Positions 58,802 through 64,000 of a stretch of DNA of 64,000 nucleotides are shown piece after piece; the stretch's first letter is position 1, and each line of letters opens with the position of its first letter. A program made the translations under genes and the position numbers. The notes below the pieces were generated by a model. The model worked only from the letters and a program-made list of their open reading frames with translations, did no database searches and was not told where the DNA came from. The DNA lies in NCBI RefSeq assembly GCF_009914755.1, contig NC_060933.1; one strand, written 5' to 3'. Source of the DNA: the human T2T-CHM13v2.0 reference genome, Homo sapiens.

Positions 58802-60389
58802 TTACTATCCTTCAAGTAGAGGGGAACAATTTCTAAGAGGAATGGACTATCTCAGCCTGCTAAAGTACCACATTCTGGAAAAGAATGAAATCCTTCTGGC
58901 TTTAGAGAGCCTGGGAAGACAGGGTGTACTGGACGCCCCACTCTGAGCATGCTCAGAGTTGCATAGCCAGAACAGCTGCTACAGCCAGGCATAGCCAGCA
59001 AAGGTTCTGGGTGGCTGGCTCCAACCTCTCCTCTCTGGGGCAGACACTGGGGCCTGGCCACTAGGCTGGGTGGGCTGCACAACCAGTTATTGCAGCACGG
59101 GGCCCCCTAGTCAGGGCCTAAGGCAGAGGCCAGATCTTCTTAGCCGGGAAACTAGGGGAGACCCACTTGTTTTTTAATGACAGGGCCTGACCTAGTTGAG
59201 ATGTTTGAGGAAAATAGATAAGCCAGGGAGGGAACTCTTTAGGGAGTGAACACACAGGCCTCATATTTCTATTTTTCACAGGTCACAGTTCAGGAGGGTC
59301 TGTTGGAGACTTATCAGACAACAGCACTGACTGGGGGGTGTTCGGAGCTGGATGCACTCTGGCCACCTCGGTAAGATTGGACCCCACCCTCCAGAAACAG
59401 CTGGGCAGCTGGGCAAAGGCCAGCGCTGAGAGAATTTCATTGCAGAACAGTTCTGGCTAAAAAACAATAAAAATAATTTTCCTAAGAAATAAAGTAGCAA
59501 CAAAAGAGAACCAGATGCAGCCCAGAGGAGCTTCATGTTGGCCCCACGTGAAGAATGGAAAGACAGCCTTTGGGACACCTGGGCATTTCTCTTGCTTCTC
59601 ATGCCATTTACCCATCCATTTCGTATTCATTTCTTAGTCAAAAATCTTAATCAGATCAGGCTTACAGAGTGAAAAACTTAGTTAGGGAAGATGTAAGCTG
59701 GGTCAATTCCTTTGTCTTCCTTTAGCTGTAAACCAGTAAAGTGCTCGCTTCCAGTTTAGATCAGAGGGAGAAATGTACTTGCTCCATTTAATCCAGGTAT
59801 ATGATGCTAATGAAGAACCTCAAGTCCTGCTCATAATTATTCTTGTTACCACGACAGATTTTTGACTATGCTGCGTACTTTCTAGGGCCCTCATTATATT
59901 TTCAAAAACATTGCTGACAATTTTCTTTTTGACAGTTATTTTTCAGACTCCTGCTATTTATTCAGGTCATTTGTGGCCTTTTGATTTTTAACTATGTAAA
60001 GTTTTGAGGTGCAATTACATCTTTTAAATGCATTTATATGTTATCTCTTTATGATGCCTAATTAAATTTATCAGGGGCAACCCACACTTGAAACATTTAA
60101 AAGGCAACTCAGAATGTTTTTTATTTGCTTAGTCTGATTGTTACTGAATTACACCTTATTTTGTGTTTTGCACTTAAGTATTTGATTTTTAAGACATTCC
60201 CCATTGTACTACTCCATGGTATGATCTAGAAAGTAACCCTACACTTAAGTAGGCAAGAAAAACAAAGGAAAGGATCCACAAGAATAGTACACTAAGGATT
60301 ACCCATAGTGAGGTTACTAGATTGAAGACTAGGATTTAAGCACCGTATGAACTTGTAATAAACACATAATACACTGAAGCATGACTTAA

Positions 60390-60731
<342 letters not shown>

Positions 60732-60791
60732 ATTTAGTGAACTCTTTAATCAGACAGAGAATTTTATTTTCCTGAATCCTGCCTTCCTACC

Positions 60792-61152
60792 TGACATAGT
60801 TTGGCTCTATGTTCCCATCTAAATCTCATCTTGCAGCTCCCATAATTCCCATGTGTTGCGGAAGGGACCCCATGGGAGATGACTGAATCATGGGGGAGGG
60901 TCTTGCCCGTGCTGTTCTCATGATAGCAAATGGGTCTCATGAGATCTGATTTAAAAACAGGAGTTTCTCTGCACAAGCTCTCTCTTTGCCTGCCGCCATC
61001 CATGTAAGATGTGACTTGCTCCTCCTTGCCTTCCTCCACGATTGTGTGGCCTCCCAGCCATGTTGAACCATAAGTCCAATAAACCTCTTTCTTTTGTAAA
61101 TTGCCCAGTCTCGGGTATGTCTTTATCAGCAGTGTGAAAACAAACTAATACA
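60792..61152 (+). mobile_element. THE1A-like solo LTR
   Basis: tgacatagtttggctc...aagtccaataaacctctttcttttgtaaattgcccagtctcgggtatgtc...ctaataca. TSD ctacc/gtacc. Confidence 0.88.
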
Positions 61153-63258
61153 GTACCTTTCAACCCCCTTAGCATGCTGGAAAAGTTCTTATGCATCAGA
61201 ACTACAAACACATCTTATAGGGAGAAACTTTTGCATCCATTCATCTGTTTATCTGAATGTGGAACAGCATTTGGCTTCCTCTTCCATAAGTTAGAGGCAT
61301 CTGTGTTCTTCAAATCATAGCATCCTTACTAAGCTCCATCACTCTGTCTTTGAAGATAAAACAACATAAGGTAAAAGGAAAAAGACAACTGGAGAACTAA
61401 TTCTAGAAAGATAGGGAGAAACATTGAAAAGTAGAAAAAAATAACTAGATATAGACTAAAATAAGGCCTTTGATTTTTTTTTTTAATGAGCAGATATCTA
61501 TACTACTGTTGTCAAGGATCATTGTCTCTGCATCACTTTGTATTGTTGAATTTTCATTATCTGGGGATTATTTCACAAGGGATACATAAAATCCTCAAAC
61601 ACAGAATTTCTGGAGGAAGGAAGAAAATATTTAATAGCAAAAACAGTGAGCTCAAGAAACCCTAGTAATTAGAATCATAGTCTTGACAAGTCAGATTTTC
61701 ACTGGTCTTCAGATACGTATTTCAAGAGCTGAGAAAACTAGTGACTCATTTCTGTGACATTGGTGCCTCTGGGAATCCAGTGAAAGCCATGGCTCTATCC
61801 TGAAGGGTAAAAAGGACCTTAAAACAACACAATGCTTACAATTCCAAGCAATACAAACCAATATTTCTGGACCAAGTTATTTTTTCCAGTGCTAGTTTTG
61901 CTTTTAGAAATTTAAAAAATATGTGTCTGTTGGACTTTTCCCAGTAGCTTTGGAATTACAAAACTATTTTATCAGAGAATTAATATAACTTGGCACTTTT
62001 ATTCATCTACATATGAAGTAAAAACTTTTTTATGTAGATTACCGTGTGCAAAGAAACATGAATTTAAATCTAACTTTTGTACTAGTATTGTAGTGACAGC
62101 TTCCATCCACCTACCCATCCTTTTCTCCAGACAGAAATAGTCTACAGAGAGTCAGTATGAAACTATAAGAACGCTATATTTAGAGTGGGAGAACCGGATT
62201 TAAAATGTTTCAAAAGTTGCAAGGCCCTCAAGGGTCATCGGGTTTACAGCACACGTTCACGAGATGAAGACAGCTATGTTTAAAAGCAAGCCTCCAATAT
62301 TGTCCTTTCCACAAAACATGCAACGGTTTGATCTTTTGACTAGCACCAACTTCTCTAGGCCTCAAATTCCTCATCTACAAAATGAAGGAGATCACTTACA
62401 GCCTGAGAAATCTCTGGCTAACTAAACTAGAATTTTTAATTTGCTCCTTTTCTGTAGCAGTGAATTCTTATTTTTGCTGTAAGATGCAGTATTCATAAAA
62501 TCAGGCCTTTCACGTAATGTGTGTCACCTTAACTCCAAAACATCCTATGAGTGTTTTCACTGCATTCGTGCAAAGAAAAAAAATGAGATAATTCCTTGTA
62601 GTTGTAACCATCATATAAAGTAACAGATTTTGATAAATACCAAAAACCTGATAATCCCCTTAGGTTCCTTGGACAAACATCGGCTAATTCTTTTTTAAAA
62701 ATACAACACAAATTATTCCATTACACAAATGATTGCTCTGGAGAATTAATGTTAAGAATGGAATGTTAAGAATGGAAATACTGGCTACATTTTGTTACAC
62801 ATCAAGAATCAGAATATAGGATATTTAGGATGAGTTCTCTTCTTCACACTGTGAAATCATTAGGAAGCTTCAATTTACTATGAAATTTCTAGGTATTTGA
62901 AATGGCTATCTTTTTTCATAGTTGACACTCTAGGAAATGTTTGAATTCAATTACAAAGTAAAAATGATGGCAGCCATCCATTCAGTTAAAATGAAAATTA
63001 TCTACATCAAGAATTTTCAGAAGTTCATTCGATCCATAAATAATATCAAGCAGCTATTTTGTGCAATGCAATGTAGTCAGTGTCTTTGGGAGAATATAGA
63101 GATGAAATAATACACAGACCTGGCTTGAGGAGACTAGAAACTGAAGCTGGGAAGAAAGGCATTTACGTAGCTAAATGGGAACCGTAAGTGCAGGGAGTAG
63201 CAAGGGAGGAGAAAGGAAATGATAGGGAGAGGAAGAAAGCAAGAGAAAGTCACCTAGA

Positions 63259-63425
63259 CCAGTGCTTTATCAACTTCAATGTGTACACGAATCACCCAGA
63301 GATCTATTAAAATACAGATTCTGATTCAGTAGGTCTGGAGTGGGACCTGAGAATCAGCATTTCTAACAGCTGTCAGGTAATGCTAATGTTACTCATCCAT
63401 GTACAGCACTTTGGGTAGCAAGAGT
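63259..63425. mobile_element. MER5A
   Basis: gaatcacccagagatctattaaaatacagattctgattcagtaggtctggagtgggacctgagaatcagcatttctaaca. Confidence 0.85.
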
Positions 63426-63449
63426 ATGCTTTGAGTACATAAATTAACC

Positions 63450-63640
63450 TAGCTCAGAATTTCTCTATTTTGGCTAGATGATTCTTTCTTGTGGGACTGG
63501 TCATTCCATTGTAAGATATTTAGCAGCACCCCTGGCTTTTGCCCACTCAGTGCCAGTAATACACCACCCCCATGCCCCCATGGTGAAAATCAAAAATGTC
63601 TCCAAACATTGCCAAATGTTTTCCTAGGGGCAAAGTCAGT
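63450..63640. mobile_element. MER20
   Basis: cattgtaagatatttagcagcacccctggc...aaaaatgtctccaaacattgccaaatgt...ggggcaaa. Confidence 0.8.
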
Positions 63641-63713
63641 GGTGTAGATAATGCTTTTACATAAAAAGTTATATGAGACAAATAGCAACCCTCTTAAAAA
63701 TAACTCACTTATT

Positions 63714-64000
63714 TGTATTCGTTTTCTATTTCTGCTGTAACAAATTATCACAAAACTTTGTGACTCAGAATAATCCAAATTTATTATCTTATAATTCTAG
63801 AGGTCAGAAATCTGATGTGAGTCCTTGCTAGGCAAAAATCAAAGTGTTAGCAGGGCTGTAATTCTTTCTTCAGGATCCAGGGAAGAATCAGTTTCCTTGA
63901 CTTTTCCAGCTTCCAGAAGCTTCCACTGCTCATGGACCCTTCCTCTTTCTTCAAAGCCAATGATCCAGCATAAAACCTCCCTATCTCAAGGCCTTTAACT
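63714..64000 (-). mobile_element. MLT1 (C/D-like) LTR, 3' part
   Basis: tgtattcgttttctatttctgctgtaacaaattatcacaa...ttctagaggtcagaaatctga...tcaaagtgttagcagggctg. Confidence 0.8.

Overview
Primate (very likely human) genomic DNA containing the 3' end of LPAR1 (lysophosphatidic acid receptor 1, a class A GPCR; chr9q31.3 from prior knowledge) on the minus strand. The last coding exon is at 39063-39364 and encodes TM6-TM7 plus the C-tail ending in DHSVV. A ~2.17-kb 3'UTR with several poly(A) signals follows and most likely ends near 36895. Positions 39365-64000 are the preceding intron and 1-36890 are downstream intergenic DNA. The rest is mostly interspersed repeats: about 14 Alus, L1/L2/MIR remnants, a complete THE1D-type MaLR provirus, solo LTRs (MSTA, THE1A, MER4, MER21, MLT1) and MER DNA transposons. 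I found no new gene, operon, CRISPR array or other novel multi-component system, and all other ORFs in the track look spurious or repeat-derived. The most interesting items are: an Alu-tail-derived compound microsatellite with (GGAA)17 and a DM2-like sense-strand (CCTG)n in the LPAR1 intron; a perfect 28-bp inverted repeat just past the poly(A) site; an intact DUX4 motif kept only in the 3' LTR of the THE1 provirus; and two cases of serial or nested Alu insertion. Repeat subfamily names come from recalled consensus features, and boundaries of old elements are approximate.
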